A stretch of 64,000 bases of DNA from an uncultured Chlamydiae bacterium. Its GTDB lineage: Bacteria; Chlamydiota; Chlamydiia; Chlamydiales; JAJFMB01. The DNA lies in assembly GCA_963696295.1 (NCBI GenBank), contig CAVOJR010000001.1:1696001-1760000 (forward strand). Direction: 5' to 3'. Both the position numbers and the translations under genes were made by a program. Within the stretch, counting starts at the first letter, position 1. Each line of letters begins with the position of its first letter. Shown here one piece after another: positions 48,936-57,948 of the stretch. The notes below the pieces were generated by a model. It made no database searches. It was not told where the DNA came from and saw nothing but the letters and a program-made list of their open reading frames with translations.

Positions 48936-49571
48936 TTAATCTCTAAAAGTTAAAGCCAGGAGATTGCTGCAGCTATGAAAAAGAATCGGAAGGGCAATAT
49001 TCGAGGTCTCCTCCATCAGGTAGCCGCAGGCCATGCCGAAAAGGGCGGAATCAGCCACGATGAGGTAATTGCTCAAAGATTGCGAAGCCCTATAATGGAG
49101 AGCCCCGAACAGGAGGCCCTGCAGGGCGATCCGGGCGGCTTTCGTCCCGTTTTTGGGCAGCAGGGAGCGGAGGACATCCATGATAAATCCCCTGAAAAGA
49201 ATCTCTTCAGTAACCGGCCCAAATAGACCAAAATAAAAGTAGAGAGCCGATTTTGAAAACTTCTCAATAATTTTTTGATGATCGGTTTGCCCTTTCAGGT
49301 CATGCGCGTTGTTTATTTGCCGGGCAAAAATGAGCGTCATTATAATTGCCTCAGCCACTATTTTTTTTGTGAGGCCAAAGGCGCAGATTGTCTTAATTAA
49401 ATATTTTATTTGCTGTTTTGGGTTGAAGTGGAACCAGCTTCTGTCACTCTCACTATAGCTGTAAAAGGCGATGGGGAGGGCATAGCCGGCGGCCGCGCCA
49501 TAGAGGCCGGCGCAGCGTCCTCCGAAATAACCGGTCACTATTGAGCTGAAGATAATCTTTTGAGTATACAT
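48936..49571 (-). CDS. CPBP/CAAX family intramembrane protease
   Basis: PVTEEILFRG, FGALH and FHSCSN motifs. Confidence 0.88.
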   Translation of the reverse strand: MYTQKIIFSSIVTGYFGGRCAGLYGAAAGYALPIAFYSYSESDRSWFHFNPKQQIKYLIKTICAFGLTKKIVAEAIIMTLIFARQINNAHDLKGQTDHQKIIEKFSKSALYFYFGLFGPVTEEILFRGFIMDVLRSLLPKNGTKAARIALQGLLFGALHYRASQSLSNYLIVADSALFGMACGYLMEETSNIALPILFHSCSNLLALTFRD

Positions 49572-49668
49572 GATGGAAATTTTACCTGATTGCCAAATTC
49601 CTGTGGACGGAAACTTTTAAAAAGTTTAATCTCTGTTAATTTCAAAAAACCATTCGTCGAGTAATTGT

Positions 49669-50847
49669 ATGAAAAAAATTATTTTCTTTTTTGTTTCTTT
49701 GTTTTCCATCGCTTCCGCTGAGACGCCGCCGGTCGATATCAGTTTTCTGGTCGCCGACCTCAAATACAATGAAGAACAGGGGGTCAAAATTTGCGAGATC
49801 CAACAAGCCTGCATATCGTTATTCAAAGGGTATGATTACATCTACAAAGGCGATGGATTGATCGCCGAAAATTTTGCCGATGTCATGTCCCAATTCGGCA
49901 ACTCCTTTTGGTTTGTCTCCAACGAAATTAACTATCAGCCGATGAAGCAAAAACTCTTGTCGCACGGGTGGAACGCGATGTTTAACCGGAATCTGCTGTT
50001 TAAGAATGCCGACTTCCTCAAAATCGCCTCTCAACCCGTTTATGAACCGCACAATCTTTTGAGCTATCCCGCCATTGTCTACATGCGGCCCTCCTCTATT
50101 TCCAATTTTGATGAGTTCTCCCATACCTATCCAGGGGTTGTGGTCATCGACCGGGCAAGTGTGGATTACTGGAAAAATAAATACAAGATGAGCACCCTCT
50201 TTTTACATCATCCCGACCTTGAGAAGGTGAAACCGAAATGGGGTCTCTATCCGAAAAAATACAATAAAGCCCTAGTGGAGAAAATCCAAAAAGAGATTAA
50301 CAGCGAAACGCTCGTCATCAAACCAAAGAGCAACGCCGAAGGTAGAGGAGTGATTATTGTTGGCAAGGATAAACTGGGAGAGACTTTAAAAGCCATTTTT
50401 ACCCCCCAGAACCAGGCCTTAAAAAATCTGGATGCGGGCTATAGCTATTGGTATTACGATAAATCGGACACATTCCTCGTCGAAGAATTTGTTTCCTCAG
50501 ATCCGATTCCCGTGCCGGAGTTTGACAACCGCTTATTTAATTGCACCATGCGGGTGGTTTTCGCTCTGATTTACCACGAAAAAGCCCTGCAGCTCCATTT
50601 TTTGGGCGAGTATTGGATCGTCCCCAATAAATCTGTAGATCAAAAAGGGACGCTGAACGATAAGAACAAAGCTTCCATGGAACATCCTCATATTACCGCC
50701 ATTGATCCCCAGACGAGATTTAAAGTTAAAGAGCTGTTAACTAAACCTTTCTTGCTTATGTATAAGCGGATGCTGAAGTTCGATGAAGCCTCTTTGGAAG
50801 AAGGAATTGATTCTGCCCTAGTCACCGGATTGGATAGAGAAATATGA
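49669..50847 (+). CDS. ATP-grasp-like protein (apparently circularly permuted) with signal peptide
   Basis: NKYKM, LVIKPKSNAEGRGVII, FLVEEFV and TMRV motifs; N-terminal DLKY...KICEIQ. Confidence 0.7.
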   Translation: MKKIIFFFVSLFSIASAETPPVDISFLVADLKYNEEQGVKICEIQQACISLFKGYDYIYKGDGLIAENFADVMSQFGNSFWFVSNEINYQPMKQKLLSHGWNAMFNRNLLFKNADFLKIASQPVYEPHNLLSYPAIVYMRPSSISNFDEFSHTYPGVVVIDRASVDYWKNKYKMSTLFLHHPDLEKVKPKWGLYPKKYNKALVEKIQKEINSETLVIKPKSNAEGRGVIIVGKDKLGETLKAIFTPQNQALKNLDAGYSYWYYDKSDTFLVEEFVSSDPIPVPEFDNRLFNCTMRVVFALIYHEKALQLHFLGEYWIVPNKSVDQKGTLNDKNKASMEHPHITAIDPQTRFKVKELLTKPFLLMYKRMLKFDEASLEEGIDSALVTGLDREI

Positions 50848-51965
50848 AAAAGATACTGATTCTATGCCTTTTTGCCGCCAAAGTTTTTGGGGTGAATCTT
50901 CCCGCGGATATCAGCTTTTTTGTGGCTGATCTGAAATACAATAAACGGCAGGGGGCCAAGATCTGCGAGGTGCAGCATGGCAGCCTTTCCCTGTTCAAAG
51001 GCTTTGACTTTATTTATCAAAGAAAAGGAGTGGTGGCCGAAGGGCTTTGCGAAGTGCTTTCCCGCTATAATAACTGTTTTTGGTTTGTGGAAAATGCCAT
51101 TACCTACACCCCCATGAAAGCCCATTTTATCGACCGCAGATGGAGAGTATCCGCTACTCTTCAGGATCTTTATAATGATAAAATATTTCATAAGCTCGCG
51201 AAGAAGGAAGTCAAAAACCCCCATGATACCCGCCAATATCCTGTCGTCGTTTATGCGAGACTATTACATTCTCTCCTCGTTAATGATTTTAAATACCGCT
51301 TCCCGGGAGCGCTTTTAATAGATGCCGGCAGCGCCGATTATCTCGGCGACAAGTATAAAGTCAGTTGTTTATTTCAGGGCGATGAGAGGTTAGAGAGGGT
51401 CAAACCGAAGTGGAAGCTGTATAAAAAACACTATACACCCCATTTGGCGGAGCAAATTATCCGCGATATAGAGAGCGATCTTCTGGTTATCAAACCAAGG
51501 CATGCCGCTGAAGGAGATGGCGTGATCATCATTCCCAAGGAGCAGCTGGACGACACATTGAAATTGATATTTACCGAAAGCGAAACTTTGGCGGAGGAAG
51601 AGGATAGAGGATATCATTACTGGAATAAAGATAACTCGGATTCCTTTTTGGTTGAAGAGTATATCGAATCCGATCCTATTTATCCGCCCCATATGGGCAA
51701 TCTCCCTTTTAACGCGACCATGCGGTTAGTTTTTGTGCTCGCTTACCATGAAGAAAAAGTTCGGCTGCACTATTTGGGCGCCTATTGGATCATACCTGAA
51801 AAATCGCTGCATGACGCAGGAACCCTGCATGAGAAGTGCAAGGCTTATGTGCTTGGCACGGATTACTACAGCAAAGTCTCAAAAGAGACGCTGGATATCG
51901 TGGAGAAGGAGTTGAAGGAGCCTCTAATTCTCATGTACAAGAGGATGATTGGTATAAATTTGTAA
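50844..51965 (+). CDS. Tandem paralogue of the preceding ATP-grasp-like protein
   Basis: DKYKV, LVIKPRHAAEGDGVII, FLVEEYI and TMRL motifs; same N-terminal motif. Confidence 0.7.
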   Translation: MKKILILCLFAAKVFGVNLPADISFFVADLKYNKRQGAKICEVQHGSLSLFKGFDFIYQRKGVVAEGLCEVLSRYNNCFWFVENAITYTPMKAHFIDRRWRVSATLQDLYNDKIFHKLAKKEVKNPHDTRQYPVVVYARLLHSLLVNDFKYRFPGALLIDAGSADYLGDKYKVSCLFQGDERLERVKPKWKLYKKHYTPHLAEQIIRDIESDLLVIKPRHAAEGDGVIIIPKEQLDDTLKLIFTESETLAEEEDRGYHYWNKDNSDSFLVEEYIESDPIYPPHMGNLPFNATMRLVFVLAYHEEKVRLHYLGAYWIIPEKSLHDAGTLHEKCKAYVLGTDYYSKVSKETLDIVEKELKEPLILMYKRMIGINL

Positions 51966-51996
51966 ATAATTTAGATTATCCGCTACACTATGTATC

Positions 51997-52710
51997 ATGC
52001 ATCCTGTTGAATCTTTACTTCAGAACGCCACGGAAATTGAATCGAAGCTCGGCTATTTTTTTAAAAAGCGGGAGCTTTTGGCGTTGGCGTTTGTCCACCG
52101 TTCCTTCGTGAATGAACATCGGGAAGTTAACGATCACAATGAACGGCTGGAGTTTTTAGGGGACTCCGTTTTGGGGCTGATCATTGCGGAGTATCTGTTT
52201 ATTGAACTTCCCGATACCCCCGAAGGGCAGCTCTCCTACCTTCGCTCCCGTCTTGTAGAAGCCTCTACTTGCGTGTCCTATGTGCAAAAACTCGATATAG
52301 AGCGCTATCTGCTTCTCGGCAAAGGGGAGAAATTAAACTACGGGAGAGGGCGCACCACGATCTTGGCCGATCTCTTCGAAGCTGTCATCGGCGCCATTTA
52401 TCTCGATGGCGGGATTGAAGCGGCCAAAACGTTTTTGTTCAGCAATTTTTTGCATGAAATCAAAGAAATCTTAGAGCATCCCCTCCACAATTGGAAGGCC
52501 ATTTTGCAGGATTGGTGTCAAAAAAAATTTGGCCACCCGCCCGATTATAAAGTGATTGATGAAACAGGACCCGATCACAGCAAGTTATTTCAAGTCATTG
52601 TCTCCATCAATCAGCGCGAGCTTGGCCGGGGAGAGGGCGCCTCAAAAAAAGAAGCACAGCAGGCGGCCGCCGAAGACGCCTTAAGCCGGCTCGACTGGCA
52701 GGGAGAGTAA
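51997..52710 (+). CDS. rnc: Ribonuclease III
   Basis: HNERLEFLGDSVLG and ADLFEAVIGAIYLDGG motifs; C-terminal dsRBD. Confidence 0.98.
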   Translation: MHPVESLLQNATEIESKLGYFFKKRELLALAFVHRSFVNEHREVNDHNERLEFLGDSVLGLIIAEYLFIELPDTPEGQLSYLRSRLVEASTCVSYVQKLDIERYLLLGKGEKLNYGRGRTTILADLFEAVIGAIYLDGGIEAAKTFLFSNFLHEIKEILEHPLHNWKAILQDWCQKKFGHPPDYKVIDETGPDHSKLFQVIVSINQRELGRGEGASKKEAQQAAAEDALSRLDWQGE

Positions 52711-54078
52711 ATGGTCGCGAAAGCAAAAACAATATGGTATTGCGCAGAATGCGGGCACAAACAGATGAAATGGGCCGGCCAATGCACCCAGTGCCAAAAA
52801 TGGAATACCTTGCACGAAGAGGTGGAGCTGCCTGAAGTGACGCGCTATGCGACTGTGCAGCAGATCCAAAGCAAGCCCTACCGCCTCAAGGAAATTGCCC
52901 ACAAAGAAACTCCGCGCGTCATGACTTTGATCCATGAGTTTGACCGTCTGGTGGGCGGCGGGATAGTGCCGGGGTCTTTGATGCTGGTGGGGGGCGAGCC
53001 CGGCATCGGCAAATCCACTCTCATGCTGCAGCTCTCCGATGCTTTGGCGAGGCAGGGTTTGGTCGTTCTCTACATTTCCGGGGAGGAGTCGATCGAGCAG
53101 ACTTCGATGCGGGCCAAAAGATTATCCATTGAAACAGACAATTTACTTTTGCTGGCTGAGACAAATATGGGCCGGATCAAAAAGCACATAGAGCAGATCA
53201 ACCCCGATATGCTCATTGTGGACTCGATCCAGCTCGTCTATAAAGATGAAATTGCCTCCGCGCCGGGATCGGTCACGCAAGTGAGGGAAAATGCCGCCGA
53301 ACTGATGCATATGGCCAAGAGTTTTAACATCGCCACCTTTTTGATCGGCCATGTGACGAAATCGGGCGAAATTGCCGGACCCCGCGTTTTAGAGCATATA
53401 GTCGACACAGTGCTCTATTTTGAAGGGGATAAGCAGCACAACTACCGCATGATCAGGGTGGTCAAAAACCGGTTCGGCCCCACCGACGAGATCGCCGTTT
53501 TTCAAATGCAGCAAAAAGGGCTCGTGGAAGTGCCTAATCCTTCCCAGATTTTTTTAGAGGAGCGGACGAAAAAGTCGATCGGATCGACCATTATCGCCAC
53601 TATCGAAGGCTCCCGCCCCATCCTCGTGGAAGCTCAAGCCTTGGTGACCGATACGGCCTACAGCACTCCGTCGCGCCGCACTACCGGAATCGATCAGAAC
53701 AGGCTGGCATTGCTTCTGGCTGTGCTGGAAAAGCGCCTCCGCTACCAGCTGTGGCGCTGCGATGTTTTTGTCTCCATTGCCGGGGGTTTGAGGATAAATG
53801 AGCCAAGCGTCGATTTGGGGGTTCTGTTAGCCGTGGCCTCCTCCTTTCGCAATCGCATGGTGGATCCCGATACGGTGGTGATCGGGGAAGTGGGCTTAGG
53901 AGGCGAGGTGCGCAGTGTTGCGCGCATCGACCAGCGGATTAAAGAGGCGAAACTGATGGGATTTGCCCGCTGCCTTATTCCTAAACGCAATGTCAAAGGC
54001 ATATCTGATGAAGTGCGTGAAAATGTCGAGCTGATCGGCGTTGAAGTCGTAGAAGAGGCGATAAATTATATCAAATGA
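52711..54078 (+). CDS. radA: DNA repair protein RadA/Sms
   Basis: C4 zinc finger, GGEPGIGKST and KNRFG motifs. Confidence 0.98.
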   Translation: MVAKAKTIWYCAECGHKQMKWAGQCTQCQKWNTLHEEVELPEVTRYATVQQIQSKPYRLKEIAHKETPRVMTLIHEFDRLVGGGIVPGSLMLVGGEPGIGKSTLMLQLSDALARQGLVVLYISGEESIEQTSMRAKRLSIETDNLLLLAETNMGRIKKHIEQINPDMLIVDSIQLVYKDEIASAPGSVTQVRENAAELMHMAKSFNIATFLIGHVTKSGEIAGPRVLEHIVDTVLYFEGDKQHNYRMIRVVKNRFGPTDEIAVFQMQQKGLVEVPNPSQIFLEERTKKSIGSTIIATIEGSRPILVEAQALVTDTAYSTPSRRTTGIDQNRLALLLAVLEKRLRYQLWRCDVFVSIAGGLRINEPSVDLGVLLAVASSFRNRMVDPDTVVIGEVGLGGEVRSVARIDQRIKEAKLMGFARCLIPKRNVKGISDEVRENVELIGVEVVEEAINYIK

Positions 54079-54716
54079 ACATCATTGTCGGCGCGAGAGC
54101 CTCGCCGCTCTCCAAAGCGCAAGTTTGCGAAGTCCTGTCAGAGCTAAAGCGCTACCATCCTTTGGTGGAATTTACTCCCCTTTTCACGGAAACGGTGGGC
54201 GATAAAGAACAAAAGACCTCTTTGCGCAACTTAGAAAAAACCGATTTTTTTACACGGGAAGTGGATCAGCTTCTGCTGCAGAAAAAGTGCCGCATCGCCA
54301 TCCATTCGGCGAAAGACTTGCCCGAACCCCTGCCAAATGGGATAGCCCTGATCGCTTTGACTAAAGGGGTGGATTCCTCGGATGCACTTGTTTTAAGGGA
54401 AGGGGAAACCCTGCAAAAAAACGCCCGCATCGCCACATCATCGCTCCGCCGGGAAGCTATGGTGAGAGAGCTTTGCCAGGATCTCGCCTTCGTCGATATT
54501 CGGGGGACGATCGAAAAGCGGCTGCAAAGTCTGGAAAAAAGGGAAGTAGATGGCGTAGTGATTGCCGAGGCGGCTTTGATCCGCTTGGGGCTGACGCACC
54601 TCAACCGGTTAAGGCTCCCCGGCGATACCGCGGAATTTCAGGGGCGTCTGGCTGTCACCGCCCGCGCGGGCGACCTGGAAATGCAGGAGTTATTCAACCC
54701 TCTCAATGCCCTATGA
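54075..54716 (+). CDS. hemC: Hydroxymethylbilane synthase, short form
   Basis: GARASPLSKAQ, AIHSAKDLP, TSSLRR and DIRGTIEKRL motifs. Confidence 0.9.
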   Translation: MNIIVGARASPLSKAQVCEVLSELKRYHPLVEFTPLFTETVGDKEQKTSLRNLEKTDFFTREVDQLLLQKKCRIAIHSAKDLPEPLPNGIALIALTKGVDSSDALVLREGETLQKNARIATSSLRREAMVRELCQDLAFVDIRGTIEKRLQSLEKREVDGVVIAEAALIRLGLTHLNRLRLPGDTAEFQGRLAVTARAGDLEMQELFNPLNAL

Positions 54717-55438
54717 GAACCCTGTATCTCGGCCTCCGCCCCAAAGAGGGGATGATTCACTTTCCTTTGATTCAAATCGTTCCAAGGCCCCTGCCGGATG
54801 AGGTTTTTGACAATTTTCCCTTCTTTACTCATCTCTTATTCACCAGCCAAAGCGCGGTGGATATTTGTTTGTCTGACCTATACCCAAACAACTTGAAGAG
54901 TTGGGAATTGGGCAAGGAGGTTCCTTCAAATTTTTGTCCGGAACGAGTGACCAGCACGAGTGAGGACGAAAAATTGAAGGTTAAACCGACGAAGCCCAAA
55001 ACTAACTCTTCAAGTTGTCTCGCCGGCAAGCTGTGTCTGGCCGTGGGAGAGGCTACAAAAAGAAGGATTGAGGAACAGGGCTACAGCGTCCTGGCCGCCC
55101 CCAAAGAGGAGACGGCTGAGGGGCTGATATCCGCGCTCGATCAGCTGGAGCTGAAAGACGCCTTTTTCTTTTGGCCCCACTCCGCTCTGTCGCGTCCGCT
55201 CTTGACCGACTATTTCGCTGAGCGCAAAGTGCGTTTTTGCGCCTGCGCCGTCTATGACACGAAATTCCAGCTGCCCGGTCCATTGCCTCCCTTGGAGGAG
55301 ATCGATGAAATTATCTTTACCAGCCCCTCAACCGTGCATGCTTTTCTCCATTATTTTGGTAAATTGCCAAAGGGGAAAAAATTGACCCCTATCGGTCCTG
55401 TTACCAAAAAAACTTTGATGCAAAGCCAAGAAATCTGA
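54713..55438 (+). CDS. hemD: Uroporphyrinogen-III synthase with a ~47-aa palindromic-element insert
   Basis: [35 protein letters not shown] and IGPVT motifs. The ATG overlaps the hemC TGA. Confidence 0.88.
   Translation: MRTLYLGLRPKEGMIHFPLIQIVPRPLPDEVFDNFPFFTHLLFTSQSAVDICLSDLYPNNLKSWELGKEVPSNFCPERVTSTSEDEKLKVKPTKPKTNSSSCLAGKLCLAVGEATKRRIEEQGYSVLAAPKEETAEGLISALDQLELKDAFFFWPHSALSRPLLTDYFAERKVRFCACAVYDTKFQLPGPLPPLEEIDEIIFTSPSTVHAFLHYFGKLPKGKKLTPIGPVTKKTLMQSQEI
54879..55019. repeat. Palindromic element inserted in frame in hemD
   Basis: Perfect 15-bp arms ACAACTTGAAGAGTT (54888-54902)/AACTCTTCAAGTTGT (55004-55018); inner stems TTGGGC/GCCCAA, CCTTCAA/TTGAAGG and GTCC/GGAC. Confidence 0.93.
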
Positions 55439-55473
55439 TATGTTTGAAACAAAATCTTACCCGGGAGGAGAGA

Positions 55474-56097
55474 ATGTCGCAACAAACAAAAGAGCGTTAT
55501 GTATTGCCAGCACTGCCGTATGATGAGGGCGCCTTAGAGCCTGTTATTTCCGGTCAAATTATGTCTTTACATTACCATAAGCATCATGCCACCTATGTGA
55601 ATAAGTTGAATGAGGCCCTGGAGAAATACGCCGAAGCTGAAGAGAAAAACAATCTGGCGGCGATGGTCGCCCTGCAGCCGGCGATCAGATTCAACGGCGG
55701 CGGCCACATCAACCATTCAATTTTTTGGACCAATCTCGCTCCCAAGAGCCAAGGGGGAGGAAAGCCTCCGGAAGGGGAGCTTGCTAAAGCCCTGGATTCC
55801 ACTTTTGGATCATTAAAAGATTTTATAGCTAGAATGAACAACACCACCGTGGCGATTCAAGGCTCCGGCTGGGGCTGGCTCGGGTATAATAAAGCCGAAA
55901 AGCGCCTGGAAATCGCGACCTGCAATAACCAGGACCCGCTCTCTTCCACCGGTTTGATCCCGCTGCTTGGCATTGACGTGTGGGAACACGCCTATTATCT
56001 GCAGTATCTCAACGCCCGGGCTGACTACCTGAAATCGATTTGGGACGTCGTTAACTGGAAAAACGTTGCCGAAAGATATCAGGCTGCCAAATCGTAA
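55474..56097 (+). CDS. sodA: Mn/Fe superoxide dismutase (Mn-type signature)
   Basis: [27 protein letters not shown] and DVWEHAYY motifs; GGAGGAG RBS before ATG 55474. Confidence 0.93.
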   Translation: MSQQTKERYVLPALPYDEGALEPVISGQIMSLHYHKHHATYVNKLNEALEKYAEAEEKNNLAAMVALQPAIRFNGGGHINHSIFWTNLAPKSQGGGKPPEGELAKALDSTFGSLKDFIARMNNTTVAIQGSGWGWLGYNKAEKRLEIATCNNQDPLSSTGLIPLLGIDVWEHAYYLQYLNARADYLKSIWDVVNWKNVAERYQAAKS

Positions 56098-56103
56098 TTG
56101 CAT

Positions 56104-56140
56104 TCTCGTCTTTGCTAATCAAATCAAAGACGAGATGTTT
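56104..56140 (+). terminator. Hairpin after sod, probable terminator
   Basis: TCTCGTCTTTG/CAAAGACGAGA 11-bp stem with only a weak T tail (TGTTT). Confidence 0.55.
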
Positions 56141-56198
56141 ACAAATATTGCTATCTCTATTATTATCGTTATATTATTTACCTTAATCAGGAAATCTA

Positions 56199-57053
56199 AT
56201 GCGTTTTTTTTCTAGGGATAAGCCTAAAATAAAAATTGAGACTACCAAAAAAGACAGCTACAGCGGCTGGCTGAAATGCACCCACTGCCACGAATTAATC
56301 CACACCAACGAACTCAAACACAACGATAACTGCTGCCCGAAGTGCGATTACCACTACCGCCTGTCGGTTGATGAAAGAGTGGCTGATCTCATTGATCCTG
56401 ATACGTTTAAAGAATTATTTAATCATTTAATTCCTGTAGATGCCTTGAGTTTTGTCGATGAGGAGCCCTATCCCGAAAGGCTGGCCAAGGCGCGGGAAAA
56501 ATCGGAAAGGGAAGAAGCGATCCTGGTCGGGACCGGCGAAGTCCACGGAATACCTGTGGCGCTTGGGGTGATGGACTTTAGCTTTATGGGCGGGTCGATG
56601 GGCTCGGTGGTGGGGGAGAAACTGACCCTCCTGATCGAGCACGCCATCGAAAACCGCCTGCCGGTGGTGGTGGTCTCCACTTCGGGCGGAGCGCGGATGC
56701 AGGAGTCGACGCTTTCTTTGATGCAGATGGCCAAAGTGTCCGCTGCGCTCGCTAAACTGCATGAGGCGAAGCTCCCCTATATCTCGATATTGACCAACCC
56801 GACCTCCGGCGGGGTAACGGCCTCCTTTGCCTCATTGGGTGATATCATTTTTGCCGAACCGAACGCACTGATTTGCTTTGCCGGCCCCCGTGTCATCGAG
56901 CAAACCATCGGACACACCTTGCCGGAAGGGGCTCAAAAGTCGGAATTTCTCTTGAAACATGGGATGATAGACTGTATTGTATCACGGCGTGAAATGAAGG
57001 AAAAGCTCGCTTTGGTTTGCGGCTTTTTGACTAAACACAAGGCATCAAAATGA
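56199..57053 (+). CDS. accD: Acetyl-CoA carboxylase carboxyltransferase beta subunit
   Basis: C4 zinc finger; [21 protein letters not shown] and [10 protein letters not shown] motifs. Confidence 0.98.
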   Translation: MRFFSRDKPKIKIETTKKDSYSGWLKCTHCHELIHTNELKHNDNCCPKCDYHYRLSVDERVADLIDPDTFKELFNHLIPVDALSFVDEEPYPERLAKAREKSEREEAILVGTGEVHGIPVALGVMDFSFMGGSMGSVVGEKLTLLIEHAIENRLPVVVVSTSGGARMQESTLSLMQMAKVSAALAKLHEAKLPYISILTNPTSGGVTASFASLGDIIFAEPNALICFAGPRVIEQTIGHTLPEGAQKSEFLLKHGMIDCIVSRREMKEKLALVCGFLTKHKASK

Positions 57054-57493
57054 AATATCTCGAAATTCCTACAACGACTGAAGATGAAGAATCCCTGCCG
57101 GCCTACACCTCATCCGGGGCAGCCGGAGCCGACGTCCGTGCGGCCATTAAAGAAAACCTTGTCATTAAAGCTGGCGAATCGGCGCTTATCCCGACAGGTT
57201 TAAAATTGGCTATTCCTGAGGGATTTGAAGTGCAGGTCAGACCGCGCAGCGGGCTTGCCCTAAAAAATCAGATTACCGTGCTCAACACTCCCGGAACCAT
57301 CGATTCCGATTACCGCGGCGAGGTGGGAATTATCCTGATCAATCACGGCAAAAAGGACTTTTTGGTGACGCCCGGCATGCGGATCGCGCAGTTTGTAGTG
57401 GCTCCTGTGGTGCAGGCGAATTTTATTCTTTGCGAAGAGTTAACGGCAACGAGCCGGAGCGAAGGGGGATTTGGACATTCCGGCACCCACTAA
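57050..57493 (+). CDS. dut: dUTP diphosphatase
   Basis: [21 protein letters not shown] and [10 protein letters not shown] motifs. Confidence 0.98.
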   Translation: MKYLEIPTTTEDEESLPAYTSSGAAGADVRAAIKENLVIKAGESALIPTGLKLAIPEGFEVQVRPRSGLALKNQITVLNTPGTIDSDYRGEVGIILINHGKKDFLVTPGMRIAQFVVAPVVQANFILCEELTATSRSEGGFGHSGTH

Positions 57494-57498
57494 TATTT

Positions 57499-57948
57499 AT
57501 GATTAAAATTGCAAATTACATAGATCGGCGCAATGTGGTATTTCTTGATGTGGAAACGCGGGAAGAAGCTTTAAAAAAGCTGGTTGACACATTGGAATCG
57601 AATAACCAGCTGACCGATAAAGAGGAGTTTTACCGGGCGGTTTGCGAGCGGGAAAAAATCGTCTCCACGGGCATAGGGATGGGGGTGGCTATTCCTCATG
57701 CCAAGCTCTCTTCCTATAATGATTTTTTTATCGGTATCGGCATTCTCAAAAAGGGTGTGAATTGGGACGCTATAGACGGCGCTCCGGTCAGGCTCATCTT
57801 TTTGATCGGGGGTCCGGACGACAAGCAGACGGAGTATCTGCAGATATTGTCCGGCTTAACGCATGCTGTGAAGGACGAGGAGCGGCGGAAAAAGATCCTC
57901 AGCCTGGAGTTCGTCGACGAGATATTGCGCCTCTTCAAGGAATTTTAA
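57499..57948 (+). CDS. ptsN: PTS IIA (Ntr-type) protein
   Basis: REKIVSTGIGMGVAIPHA and WDAIDGAPVRLIF motifs. Confidence 0.9.
   Translation: MIKIANYIDRRNVVFLDVETREEALKKLVDTLESNNQLTDKEEFYRAVCEREKIVSTGIGMGVAIPHAKLSSYNDFFIGIGILKKGVNWDAIDGAPVRLIFLIGGPDDKQTEYLQILSGLTHAVKDEERRKKILSLEFVDEILRLFKEF

Noticed and set aside
54473..54712. 80-aa N-terminal extension of hemD in the ORF track
   Set aside because: It overlaps hemC in another frame; the ATGA-coupled start at 54713 fits HemD.
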